This document shows positions 17,021 to 26,907 of a DNA stretch of 64,000 nucleotides, piece after piece (positions within the stretch are counted from its first letter, which is position 1; each line of letters begins with the position of its first letter). A program made the translations under genes and the position numbers. The stretch is from Patescibacteria group bacterium (GTDB taxonomy: Bacteria; Patescibacteriota; Patescibacteriia; UBA2591; JAQWAS01), in the NCBI GenBank assembly GCA_028707495.1, contig JAQWAS010000003.1, positions 47,711-111,710 of the forward strand. The letters are read 5' to 3'. The notes below the pieces were generated by a model. It was given only the letters and a program-made list of their open reading frames with translations. It was not told the DNA's origin and did not search any database.

Positions 17021-18001
17021 ATGTCTCAAAAAAAACAAAAAATTGATTTATTAACTATTGGCGGTGGGGCATTAGACATCACTTTTTATTCTAATGAGGG
17101 GAAAGTTATTAAAACTTCGCAAGATTTAACTCGTCAACAATGGTTGGGTTTTGAATATGGCGCTAAGATTAGTATTAAAGATAGTTGTTTTACTTTTGGT
17201 GGCGGGGCAACTAACGTAGCTGTTGGTATTCAAAAATTAGGCTTAAAAACGGCTTGTTTGGTTAGAGTTGGCGACGATGGTTATGGTCAGCAAATTATTC
17301 AAAATTTAAAAAAACAGGGGGTGAAAATAGATTGGATTCAAAAAGATAATAAATATGGTAGTGGTTTTTCTTTTATTGTAGCTTTAAAGCAAACTGGAGA
17401 GCATGTGGCTTTTCTATATCGCGGAGCAAATAATTATTTACAAGTCACACCAAATGTTTTTAAAAAAATAAGTCCCAGTTGGGTTTTTGTTTCATCATTG
17501 AGCGGTGATAATTGGCAAGATATTTTAAAAATAATTTTTAACCCCAAAGAAACATATCAAATAGCTTGGAATCCTGGTAGTCGACAAATTTCTGCTGGTT
17601 ATAAAAAAATAAAGAAGTATTTAGAAAAAACCTCAGTTTTATTTTTAAATAAAGATGAAGCCATAGAATTGGTTTTATCTCTGGGAGTAAAAACACGAGA
17701 GATTGAAAAATTATTTAAAGAATTGTATATTCATGGCTCAAAAATTGTTGTTATTACTGATGGAGAAAATGGCGCTTATGCCTTTGATGGTCGTGAAATT
17801 TATTTTCAATCAGTTGCTAAAATTAAAGCTAAAGACACGACTGGTGCTGGAGATGCCTTGGCCTCGGGTTTTTTGAGTCAGTATATTCAGGGTGTAAATT
17901 TTAAAAAATCTTTGCAAGCCGGTACGAAAAATAGTTTTTCAGTTTTAAAACAAGTGGGAGCTCAAAACGGATTATTAACTAAAGCAGAATTAAAAATATG
18001 A
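17021..18001 (+). CDS. PfkB-family carbohydrate kinase
   Basis: GGGATNVAVG, VGDDGYG, NKDEA, DTTGAGDA. Confidence 0.9.
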   Translation: MSQKKQKIDLLTIGGGALDITFYSNEGKVIKTSQDLTRQQWLGFEYGAKISIKDSCFTFGGGATNVAVGIQKLGLKTACLVRVGDDGYGQQIIQNLKKQGVKIDWIQKDNKYGSGFSFIVALKQTGEHVAFLYRGANNYLQVTPNVFKKISPSWVFVSSLSGDNWQDILKIIFNPKETYQIAWNPGSRQISAGYKKIKKYLEKTSVLFLNKDEAIELVLSLGVKTREIEKLFKELYIHGSKIVVITDGENGAYAFDGREIYFQSVAKIKAKDTTGAGDALASGFLSQYIQGVNFKKSLQAGTKNSFSVLKQVGAQNGLLTKAELKI

Positions 18002-18567
18002 AAATAATTATTGAAGTTTCAGCTCGGCACGCTCATTTATGTCAAAAAGATTTAAACAAGCTTTTTGGCGATGGTTATAAATTGCACAAATTAAAACAAT
18101 TATCTCAAAAAACAGATTTTACTTGCAAAGAAACAGTCATAATTAAAACGAATCAAAGTGAATTTAAAAACGTCAGAATTATTGGGCCATTACGTGATCA
18201 AACGCAGGTTGAAGTTTCGCGAACAGATTCAATTAAACTAGGATTAAATCCGCCATTACGCTTGTCGGGCTATTTAGTGCGCACGCCTGGCGTCACTATA
18301 ATTGGACCAAAGGGAAGTGTTAAATTAAAGGAGGGAGTAATTATAGCTCAAAGACATATTCATACTGATGTTGAAAATGCTGAAAATTATAATTTAAAAA
18401 ATGGTCAAGAAGTTTCAGTGATGGTTAATTATAATAATCGTGGTTTAACTTTTCATCATGTTAAAATTAGAGTAGGCTTGGGTTATGTTTTGCGAATGCA
18501 TATTGACACTGATGAGGGCAATGCAGCTGGGATTGATAAAATCGGAGAGGGAATTATTGTTGAATAA
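17998..18567 (+). CDS. pduL: PduL-type phosphate propanoyl/acetyltransferase
   Basis: SARHAHL, VRIIGPLRDQTQVEVS, AQRHIH, MHIDTDEGNAA. Confidence 0.9.
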   Translation: MKIIIEVSARHAHLCQKDLNKLFGDGYKLHKLKQLSQKTDFTCKETVIIKTNQSEFKNVRIIGPLRDQTQVEVSRTDSIKLGLNPPLRLSGYLVRTPGVTIIGPKGSVKLKEGVIIAQRHIHTDVENAENYNLKNGQEVSVMVNYNNRGLTFHHVKIRVGLGYVLRMHIDTDEGNAAGIDKIGEGIIVE

Positions 18568-18611
18568 GTTAATTTAATTTTTTAATATTAGTATTTAGGA
18601 TTTATAAATTT

Positions 18612-19652
18612 ATGGATATATTTTCAATTATTATTATTTTAATTTTAATCGCTGGTTTTACAGCGCTTTTTTGGCAATTTAAAAAAAATCAACAACCAGA
18701 GGAAAAACCAGAATCAATGTTATTATTACAAAATCAACTAAGTGAGATGCGCAAAGAAGTTGATGGTAAATTAAGTGAATCAAGTCGTCAAATGCAGAAT
18801 CAGTTTACCCAAAGTTTAAATGTAATTAAAGGTGTAACTGAAAAGGTGGTTGAGTTGCAGGAAACAAATAAACAAGTTGTGGGTTTCACTGAACAATTAA
18901 AAAATTTAGAAAAGGTTTTAACCAATTCAAAGAATCGTGGTTCTTTGGGAGAAGCTGGATTAGAAATGATTTTAAATAATATTTTACCACCCCAAGCTTT
19001 TGAAATGCAGTATCACTTTAAAAACGGTGAAGCAGTCGATGCGGTTGTTAAAATTAAAGATAATTTATTGCCAGTTGATGCTAAATTTTCTTTAGAAAAT
19101 TATCGGCGCATTATTGATGAGACAGATCCGGAAAAGAAAAGTTTATTAGAAAAATCTTTTAAAGATGATTTAAAAAAACGCATTGATGAAACTGCTAAAT
19201 ATATTCGTCCACAAGAGGGGACACTTGATTTTGCTTTTATGTATATTCCAGCTGAAGGAATTTATTATGATTTATTAGTTAATGAGGTAGGTTCAATTAA
19301 AGCCAATACGCGTAGTTTAATTGATTATGCGTTTAATGAAAGAAAGGTTGTTATTGTTTCGCCAACGACCTTTGCTGCTTATTTACAAACTGTACTTCAG
19401 GGTTTGCGGGCTTTAAAAATAGAAAAAGATGCTAAAGAAATTCAAAAAAATGTTGAAAAATTACAAAAACATCTTTTAGCTTATGATGAGTATTTTAAAA
19501 AAGTTGGCAATAATTTAGCGACAACCGTCAATGCTTATAATTCAGCTGACAAGGAATTACAAAAGATTGATAAAGATGTGGTTAAAATCACGGGAGGAGA
19601 AAGTCAAGCTGAAATTTTACAACTTGATAAACCTAAATTAAAAGAGGAATAA
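18612..19652 (+). CDS. rmuC: DNA recombination protein RmuC
   Basis: N-terminal TM plus coiled coil, RGSLGE, VDAKFSLENY, DFAFMYIPAEG, VSPTT. Confidence 0.92.
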   Translation: MDIFSIIIILILIAGFTALFWQFKKNQQPEEKPESMLLLQNQLSEMRKEVDGKLSESSRQMQNQFTQSLNVIKGVTEKVVELQETNKQVVGFTEQLKNLEKVLTNSKNRGSLGEAGLEMILNNILPPQAFEMQYHFKNGEAVDAVVKIKDNLLPVDAKFSLENYRRIIDETDPEKKSLLEKSFKDDLKKRIDETAKYIRPQEGTLDFAFMYIPAEGIYYDLLVNEVGSIKANTRSLIDYAFNERKVVIVSPTTFAAYLQTVLQGLRALKIEKDAKEIQKNVEKLQKHLLAYDEYFKKVGNNLATTVNAYNSADKELQKIDKDVVKITGGESQAEILQLDKPKLKEE

Positions 19653-19677
19653 AAAATAGTTTTAAAACAATAAAAAT

Positions 19678-19708
19678 AAAAAAGGACTCCACCTGGAGTC
19701 ACTTTTTT
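19678..19708. terminator. Bidirectional terminator
   Basis: A-run, GACTCC-ACCT-GGAGTC, T-run. Confidence 0.75.
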
Positions 19709-19714
19709 CGATTT

Positions 19715-21289
19715 TTATTTAATGAGCACTAATTTACGACTGGTTGTTGTATTGCCAGTTTGGATTTCGGCATAATATATACCAGAAGGAACTAATTGAC
19801 CGTTTTGATCGGTCGCATTCCAGACAATTTGTCCTTGTTGATTTGCGTTTTTGAAGGCTTTGATCTTTCGACCACTAACATTGTATATGTCGATAGATAT
19901 TCCTTGATTGGTTGGAATGGAGTAGGAGATGTAGATTGATGAGTTAAATGGGTTGGGACAGGTATTGACTGAAAATTTTTGTGGTTTAATATTTTGGATT
20001 ATTCCCGTTTCTGAAGAGAGTTTAACTATCCAACAATCACTATTGCCATGGTTTCCGCTTACATCGCCATTAACGGATCCAGAATAGCCCGTTATAATAT
20101 AGTTATTATCAGCTACTTGTTGGACAGAATATGCAAAGTCCTCTCCATATCCGCCCAAACAACGTTGCCATTCGATCGAACCTGATGAGTTAAGTTTAAG
20201 TAACCAATAATCACTATGACCGTGGTTTCCGCTCACGTCGCCATCGTTGGATCCGGTATAACCTATCACAATATATCCATTATCAGTTGTCTGCCGGATA
20301 GATTGCATAAATTCACTATGGCTTCCGCCATAACAACGCTGCCATTCGATCGAACCTGATGAGTTAAGTTTAAGTAACCAATAATCAGTATAACCATGGT
20401 TTCCGTTCACGTCGCCATCATTAGAAAAAGTATAACCCGCCACGATGTAGCCCTTGTCATATGTTTGTTGAACAGAGGAGGCTTTATCAATATCACTTCC
20501 ACCATAACAACGCTGCCATTCGATTAAGCCCAATGAATCGATTTTGACTATCCAACAATCAGTATAACCATGGTTTCCACTCACGTCACCATCATTGGAA
20601 TTGGAGCTTCCTGATATGATATATCCACCATCACGTGTTTGCTGGATAGAAGATCCATAATCGTGATTACTTCCGCCCAAACAACGTTGCCATTCGATTG
20701 AGCCCAATGAATCGATTTTGACCATCCATAAATCATAGGCTCCATGATTACCACTCACGTCACCATCATTAGAAAAAGTATGACCTGCCACGATGTAGCC
20801 CTTGTCATGTGTTTGTTGAACAGAGAAGGCTTCATCAATATTACTTCCGCCCAAACAACGCTGCCATTCGATTGAGCCCAATGAATCGATTTTGACTATC
20901 CAACAATCAGTATAACCATGGTTTCCACTCACGTCACCATCATTGGAATTGGAGTTTCCTGATATGATATATCCACCATCACATGTTTGTTGGATAGAAG
21001 ATCCATAATCGCGGTTACTTCCTCCATAACAACGCTGCCATTCGATTGAGCCCAATGAATCGATTTTGACTATCCAACAATCAGTAATGCCGTGATGTCC
21101 GCTCACGTCACCATCATTGGAATTGGAGTTTCCTGATATGATATATCCACCATCACATGTTTGTTGGATAGAGGATCCGTTGTCACTATTACTTCCTCCA
21201 TAACAACGTTGCCATTCGATTGTTGTCTGGGCAAAACACAAGCCCACAAAGGTGAGTAAAAAACTCACCAAGATCAACATCTTTTTCAT
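19715..21289 (-). CDS. Secreted 7-repeat beta-propeller-like protein with FlgD-Ig / T9SS type A-like C-terminal domain
   Basis: Signal peptide MKKMLILVS...; seven 58-aa (174-bp) repeats IEWQRCxGGS...SNDGDVSGNHG..DxWxxK; C-terminus CPNPFNS...IYNVSGRKI...WNATDQNG..VPSGIY...KLVLIK; GGGAGG SD before ATG 21289. Confidence 0.85.
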   Translation of the reverse strand: MKKMLILVSFLLTFVGLCFAQTTIEWQRCYGGSNSDNGSSIQQTCDGGYIISGNSNSNDGDVSGHHGITDCWIVKIDSLGSIEWQRCYGGSNRDYGSSIQQTCDGGYIISGNSNSNDGDVSGNHGYTDCWIVKIDSLGSIEWQRCLGGSNIDEAFSVQQTHDKGYIVAGHTFSNDGDVSGNHGAYDLWMVKIDSLGSIEWQRCLGGSNHDYGSSIQQTRDGGYIISGSSNSNDGDVSGNHGYTDCWIVKIDSLGLIEWQRCYGGSDIDKASSVQQTYDKGYIVAGYTFSNDGDVNGNHGYTDYWLLKLNSSGSIEWQRCYGGSHSEFMQSIRQTTDNGYIVIGYTGSNDGDVSGNHGHSDYWLLKLNSSGSIEWQRCLGGYGEDFAYSVQQVADNNYIITGYSGSVNGDVSGNHGNSDCWIVKLSSETGIIQNIKPQKFSVNTCPNPFNSSIYISYSIPTNQGISIDIYNVSGRKIKAFKNANQQGQIVWNATDQNGQLVPSGIYYAEIQTGNTTTSRKLVLIK

Positions 21290-21338
21290 TTTTCCTCCCA
21301 AATTTTTAAGTTGCAATTGACTTTTTGTTTGTGTTATT

Positions 21339-21367
21339 ATCTTAGTACATGTTTATGAACTTGTCAA
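21339..21367 (-). promoter_or_regulatory. Cassette-type promoter
   Basis: TTGACA-17 nt-TAAGAT. Confidence 0.8.
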
Positions 21368-21376
21368 GGGTAGAGG

Positions 21377-21428
21377 TGTTATTGCGATGACCCCGCCTCT
21401 TGCGAGAGGCGGAGGATGCGGCAATCCC
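21377..21428. repeat. GTYATTGCGA...GCAATC repeat arm containing a CCGCC..GGCGG hairpin
   Basis: GTTATTGCGATGA-CCCCGCCTCTTGCGAGAGGCGG-AGGATGCGGCAATCCC; related arms at ~37359-37384 and ~47395-47432. Confidence 0.6.
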
Positions 21429-21581
21429 GTTGTTAAATTGTTATTCTGGCAGGTCGCACCTGCCAGCTGGCAATTGATAAAGACGTGATTAAAATAACAG
21501 ACGGCGAAGGTAATTTTGAAACTTTACAATTAGATAAACCTAAAATAAAAGAAGAGTAATCTAAAAAACAAAATAGAAAAT

Positions 21582-21612
21582 AAAAAAAGGGGCTCCACAA
21601 GGAGTCCCTTTC
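21582..21612 (-). terminator. Intrinsic terminator similar in sequence to the one at 19678
   Basis: AAAAAAAGGGGCTCC-ACAA-GGAGTCCCTTT. Confidence 0.8.
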
Positions 21613-21626
21613 TGGTTGAGGACGAT

Positions 21627-22037
21627 TTATTCGTCCGAAGCTTCAGCATCTTCAAATTCGCCGAGTTTCTGAAGAGTCGTTGTCATAAACTTAGTCTTTG
21701 GCGTAGCTAATTCGTAAAGTATAGCCCATTCTTCAAGAGAGGATGCCCTTTCGGCCATTTCTTCTAAAGCTCTTTTTTGGAACCTTGAGCCTTTATTAGA
21801 ATGTTTGTGTATAAGATGCCATTGTTTAAAGGTTTCCGCTTTCTCGGTCATTCTTCGAAGAGCTAGAGCTATGAGGTCGGCTGCAAGTTGTGAAGATGGA
21901 TAAATTTTTTCACAAATTATTAACCAATCGTCGAAAGATTTTAGTTTTTTTCTTATTTCATCTTCTGTAATTTTATTAGCTAAATAACGAGCAATTAAAG
22001 CTGGAATTTTGCCAATCAATTTTTCCAGAGCTAACAC
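21627..22037 (-). CDS. Orphan alpha-helical repeat-like protein
   Basis: GTG start with AAGGAG SD; repeated ~35-aa units (SFDDW, TFKQW, SLEEW). Confidence 0.7.
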   Translation of the reverse strand: MLALEKLIGKIPALIARYLANKITEDEIRKKLKSFDDWLIICEKIYPSSQLAADLIALALRRMTEKAETFKQWHLIHKHSNKGSRFQKRALEEMAERASSLEEWAILYELATPKTKFMTTTLQKLGEFEDAEASDE

Positions 22038-22082
22038 AATATCTCCTTTTTTAAGTTGCGATTGTTTTTTGTTTGTATTGTC

Positions 22083-22111
22083 ATCTTAGCGTTTTGTTGT
22101 AAACATGTCAA
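22083..22111 (-). promoter_or_regulatory. Cassette-type promoter
   Basis: TTGACA-17 nt-TAAGAT. Confidence 0.8.
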
Positions 22112-22208
22112 GAGTTGGGTGAATAGTTTGATCATCCCTTCTGACCGCCGAATCGTTTGCCAGCTGACCCGTCAGTAGACAGGATTCAGCGTTAAACGTT
22201 TCTCTCGC

Positions 22209-22369
22209 CGTCATTCCTGGCTCCCGCCCGCTGGCGGGCAGGTGACCGGGAATCCAGGGTAAAAAATAAGTATTTTATTTTAGAATAAGTATTGTTAAAT
22301 CTAAAAAGTATTTTTTAAAGCAAAATATCTATTAGCTAACCTTGGATCCCCACTTTCGTGAGGATGACG
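22209..22369. repeat. Empty REP-like doublet (inverted GTCATYCC...GGRATCCA arms around an AT-rich spacer)
   Basis: CGTCATTCCTGGCT[CCCGCCCGCTGGCGGGCAGG]TGACCGGGAATCCAGG ... TGGATCCCCACTTTCGTGAGGATGACG. Confidence 0.65.
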
Positions 22370-22430
22370 GAAAGAGAAGTGGGATGACTTTCCTACTCTT
22401 GACCTATTTTGAAGCTATGCTATAATATAA

Positions 22431-22457
22431 TTAGCACTCTAAGTAAGAGAGTGCTAA
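22431..22457 (+). promoter_or_regulatory. CIRCE operator (HrcA binding site)
   Basis: Perfect TTAGCACTC-N9-GAGTGCTAA just downstream of TTGACC-N17-TATAAT and upstream of hrcA. Confidence 0.97.
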
Positions 22458-22473
22458 AAGGAAATATAAAATT

Positions 22474-23163
22474 ATGGATCAAGAAAAAATGGCTTTATTG
22501 AGCCAAATAATTGCAGAACATATTCACAGCGCCAAACCAGTAGCGTCGCAGTTGATTGTGGATAAGTATGGTTTAAAAATGAGTTCAGCCACAATTCGCA
22601 ACCGAATGGCTGAATTAGAAGAGGAAGGTTATCTAACTCATCCATATACTTCAGGCGGAAGAATCCCGACCATCAAGGGTTATGATTTTTATATTAAAAA
22701 TTTGTTAGAAATTAAAAAAATTTCCAGTAAAGAAAAACAAGTTTTGGAAAAAATTAAAACAGATTTTCAAGATCAACGGGAAATTTTAAAAAATTTAGCT
22801 AAGGGTTTGGCAGAATTTTCACAGGGTTTAGTCTTTATTGCTTTTAAACCCTTAGATTTTTATTATACTGGTGTCGCTAATTTATTTAGCCAAGTCGAAT
22901 TTAGAGAATATAATTTAGTTTGTAATTTATCAGAAGTTATTGATCACTTTGATGAAGTTTTAGAAAATATTTTTGATCAGGTCACTGAACAGCCACAAAT
23001 TTTAATTGGTAATCAAAATCCCTTCGGTGAGGCTTGCGGTACGATTATTACAAAATATAATTTTAATTGCAACGATAGTTTGTTGGGAATTTTAGGGCCG
23101 ATGCGAATGGATTATGGTAAAAATTTAGGTTTAATTAAATATATCCAAGAGTTAATTAAATAA
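22474..23163 (+). CDS. hrcA: Heat-inducible transcription repressor HrcA (short form)
   Basis: PVAS, SSATIRNRMAELEEEGYLTHPYTSGGRIPT, GILGPMRMDY; CIRCE upstream. Confidence 0.93.
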   Translation: MDQEKMALLSQIIAEHIHSAKPVASQLIVDKYGLKMSSATIRNRMAELEEEGYLTHPYTSGGRIPTIKGYDFYIKNLLEIKKISSKEKQVLEKIKTDFQDQREILKNLAKGLAEFSQGLVFIAFKPLDFYYTGVANLFSQVEFREYNLVCNLSEVIDHFDEVLENIFDQVTEQPQILIGNQNPFGEACGTIITKYNFNCNDSLLGILGPMRMDYGKNLGLIKYIQELIK

Positions 23164-23167
23164 TCTT

Positions 23168-23668
23168 ATGTCAAAAAAAGATAAATTATCAGTAGGGGTA
23201 GTGGATAAAGAATTACAACAGCAGATTAATGAATTAAAACAACAAGTCGAAGAAAATTTAAACGGCTGGAAAAGAGCTCAGGCAGATTATCAAAATTTAC
23301 AAAATGATTTTAATAAACAAAAATCGAGTTTAATCGAATTTGCCAATTTGGGTTTGATTATGGATTTATTGCCAATTTATGATAATTTTTTGAAAGCCAT
23401 GGAACATCTTCCGGTAGAGCAACAAGCGAGTGATTGGGTGATTGGTATTACCCATATTAAAAATCAATTACAAAATTTATTAAAAGAAAAACAAGTTGAA
23501 CCGATTCAATCGGTGGGAGAAAAATTTAATCCGGAATTGCACGAAGCGATTGGTCAAGAAGAACACGTGGATTTAGAAGATGAAATTATTGTTAAAGAGA
23601 TTCAAGCTGGTTATACTTTAAAAAATAAAGTTATTCGTCCAGCTAAGGTGATTGTTAATCAAAAATAA
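23168..23668 (+). CDS. grpE: Nucleotide exchange factor GrpE
   Basis: RAQADYQN, FNPELHEA, GYTLKNKVIRPAKV. Confidence 0.95.
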   Translation: MSKKDKLSVGVVDKELQQQINELKQQVEENLNGWKRAQADYQNLQNDFNKQKSSLIEFANLGLIMDLLPIYDNFLKAMEHLPVEQQASDWVIGITHIKNQLQNLLKEKQVEPIQSVGEKFNPELHEAIGQEEHVDLEDEIIVKEIQAGYTLKNKVIRPAKVIVNQK

Positions 23669-23673
23669 ATCGC

Positions 23674-23796
23674 TGTCATTCTAAAGTGGATCCGCCAGCT
23701 GGCGGACGATTCGGCAGGCGGAACGATAGAATCCTGAGGGCAGATCTCTAAAACAATGGGATTCTATCGCTCCATTTCATTCCGCTCCAGAATGAC
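23674..23796. repeat. Inverted GTCATTCT...AGAATC doublet with nested hairpin
   Basis: The left arm carries TCCGCCAGCTGGCGGACGATTCGGCAG, which is absent from the right arm. Confidence 0.7.
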
Positions 23797-23808
23797 CGGT
23801 TTAAAAAG

Positions 23809-23991
23809 TGTCATCCTGAATTTATTTCAGGATCTGAAATCAGAATAAACGTTTCTTTAAAAAAGACACTCTAAGTGCCAACAGATTCTGAAACATCCTC
23901 CGATTTGGCGGACTAGAGTTCAGAATGACAGTTGTTTGTTCAGAATGGCAGTTGTCGGTTCAGGATGACAAGGAGTTATTTTAGGACGACA
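23809..23991. repeat. GTCATCCTGAATTTATTTCAGGATCT...AGATTCTGAAAC..TTCAGAATGACA element plus three degenerate ~20-bp tandem tail copies
   Basis: Homologous to 34573-34674 and 47443-47563. Confidence 0.8.
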
Positions 23992-24086
23992 AAGGGTGGA
24001 TTTTTAATAATATTTTAATAAATAAAAAAATTAATTTTATTCGAACTAGCTCAAAGACATTTAAAGTCGGAGACTAGCGTCGAATC

Positions 24087-24527
24087 ATGATATCTATGTC
24101 AATAATCAAATGGAGGCCCATGTTCCCATTTTGGGATGAGGAAGACAAGCTTTTTGAAGACTTAACTCCAAGTCTTTATTCAAATGCTCAAAATTTTGTG
24201 CCAGCCATAGACGTTTATCAGACCAAAGACGATGTCGTGGTTGAAACTGCTTTGAGTGGAGTTAAGCCCGAGGATGTAGAAATTTCAATTGAAAATGATG
24301 TTTTAACTATCAAGGGTCAAGCAAAAAAAGAAACTGAAATTGATGAAAAAAATTATTACCGAAAAGAAATGCGCACTGGTAGTTTTCATCGTTCGGTAGT
24401 TTTACCAACACATGTTATTTCAGATAAGGCCGAGGCTACGTCCAAAGATGGCGTTTTAAAAATCGCTATTCCTAAAGCGCCTGAAAGCAAAATCAAAACT
24501 ATCAAAGTTAAAGTAGAAAAAAAATAA
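24087..24527 (+). CDS. Hsp20/alpha-crystallin small heat-shock protein
   Basis: PAIDVYQT, GSFHRSVVLP, DGVLKIAIPK. Confidence 0.93.
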   Translation: MISMSIIKWRPMFPFWDEEDKLFEDLTPSLYSNAQNFVPAIDVYQTKDDVVVETALSGVKPEDVEISIENDVLTIKGQAKKETEIDEKNYYRKEMRTGSFHRSVVLPTHVISDKAEATSKDGVLKIAIPKAPESKIKTIKVKVEKK

Positions 24528-24625
24528 ATTGTCATTATCCAAGTAATCTCATTTGATGGGATTACTTTGGGCTAGTAAATTAAAATTTAATTTACTAACC
24601 CGAAGTAAAATTAACTAATTATTAA

Positions 24626-26563
<1,938 letters not shown>

Positions 26564-26590
26564 AAGAGATAAAATAATTAAATTTACCAT

Positions 26591-26887
26591 ATGCAAAATC
26601 AACAACCACAACCGAATAAACAAATTAAACTAGCCGACAATATTCCGGGTGCGGAATATGCCAACATTATGCAAGTTTCGCACACCAAAGAAGAGTTTAT
26701 GCTGATGTTTGCCAATATCGCTGGACCATCTGGCAGAGTTGTAAGTAAAGTCATTACTTCGCCTGGCCACATGAAACGTATTGTAGCGGCTTTGCAAGAA
26801 AATTTGAAAAAATATGAAGACAGCTTTGGTCAGATAGAAAAAGCTGATTCGCCCAACACTGAAATGGGCTTTGGCGCTCGCGATTAA
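26591..26887 (+). CDS. DUF3467-like small protein
   Basis: YANIMQVSHTKEEFMLMF...SPGHMKRIVAALQENLKKYEDSFGQI. Confidence 0.75.
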   Translation: MQNQQPQPNKQIKLADNIPGAEYANIMQVSHTKEEFMLMFANIAGPSGRVVSKVITSPGHMKRIVAALQENLKKYEDSFGQIEKADSPNTEMGFGARD

Positions 26888-26907
26888 AATTATAAAAAAT
26901 AAAAAAT

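Noticed and set aside
20040-21220. DGR template/variable repeats
   Set aside because: The repeats are in-frame protein repeats, differences are not obviously adenine-specific, and there is no reverse transcriptase in the window.
19715-22111. Integron cassette array as the explanation for the orphan cassettes
   Set aside because: No intI and no recognisable attC sites; each gene has its own promoter and terminator.
23921-23991. Possible CRISPR array
   Set aside because: Units are ~20 bp, degenerate, derived from the adjacent palindrome and lack unique spacers; no cas genes in the window.
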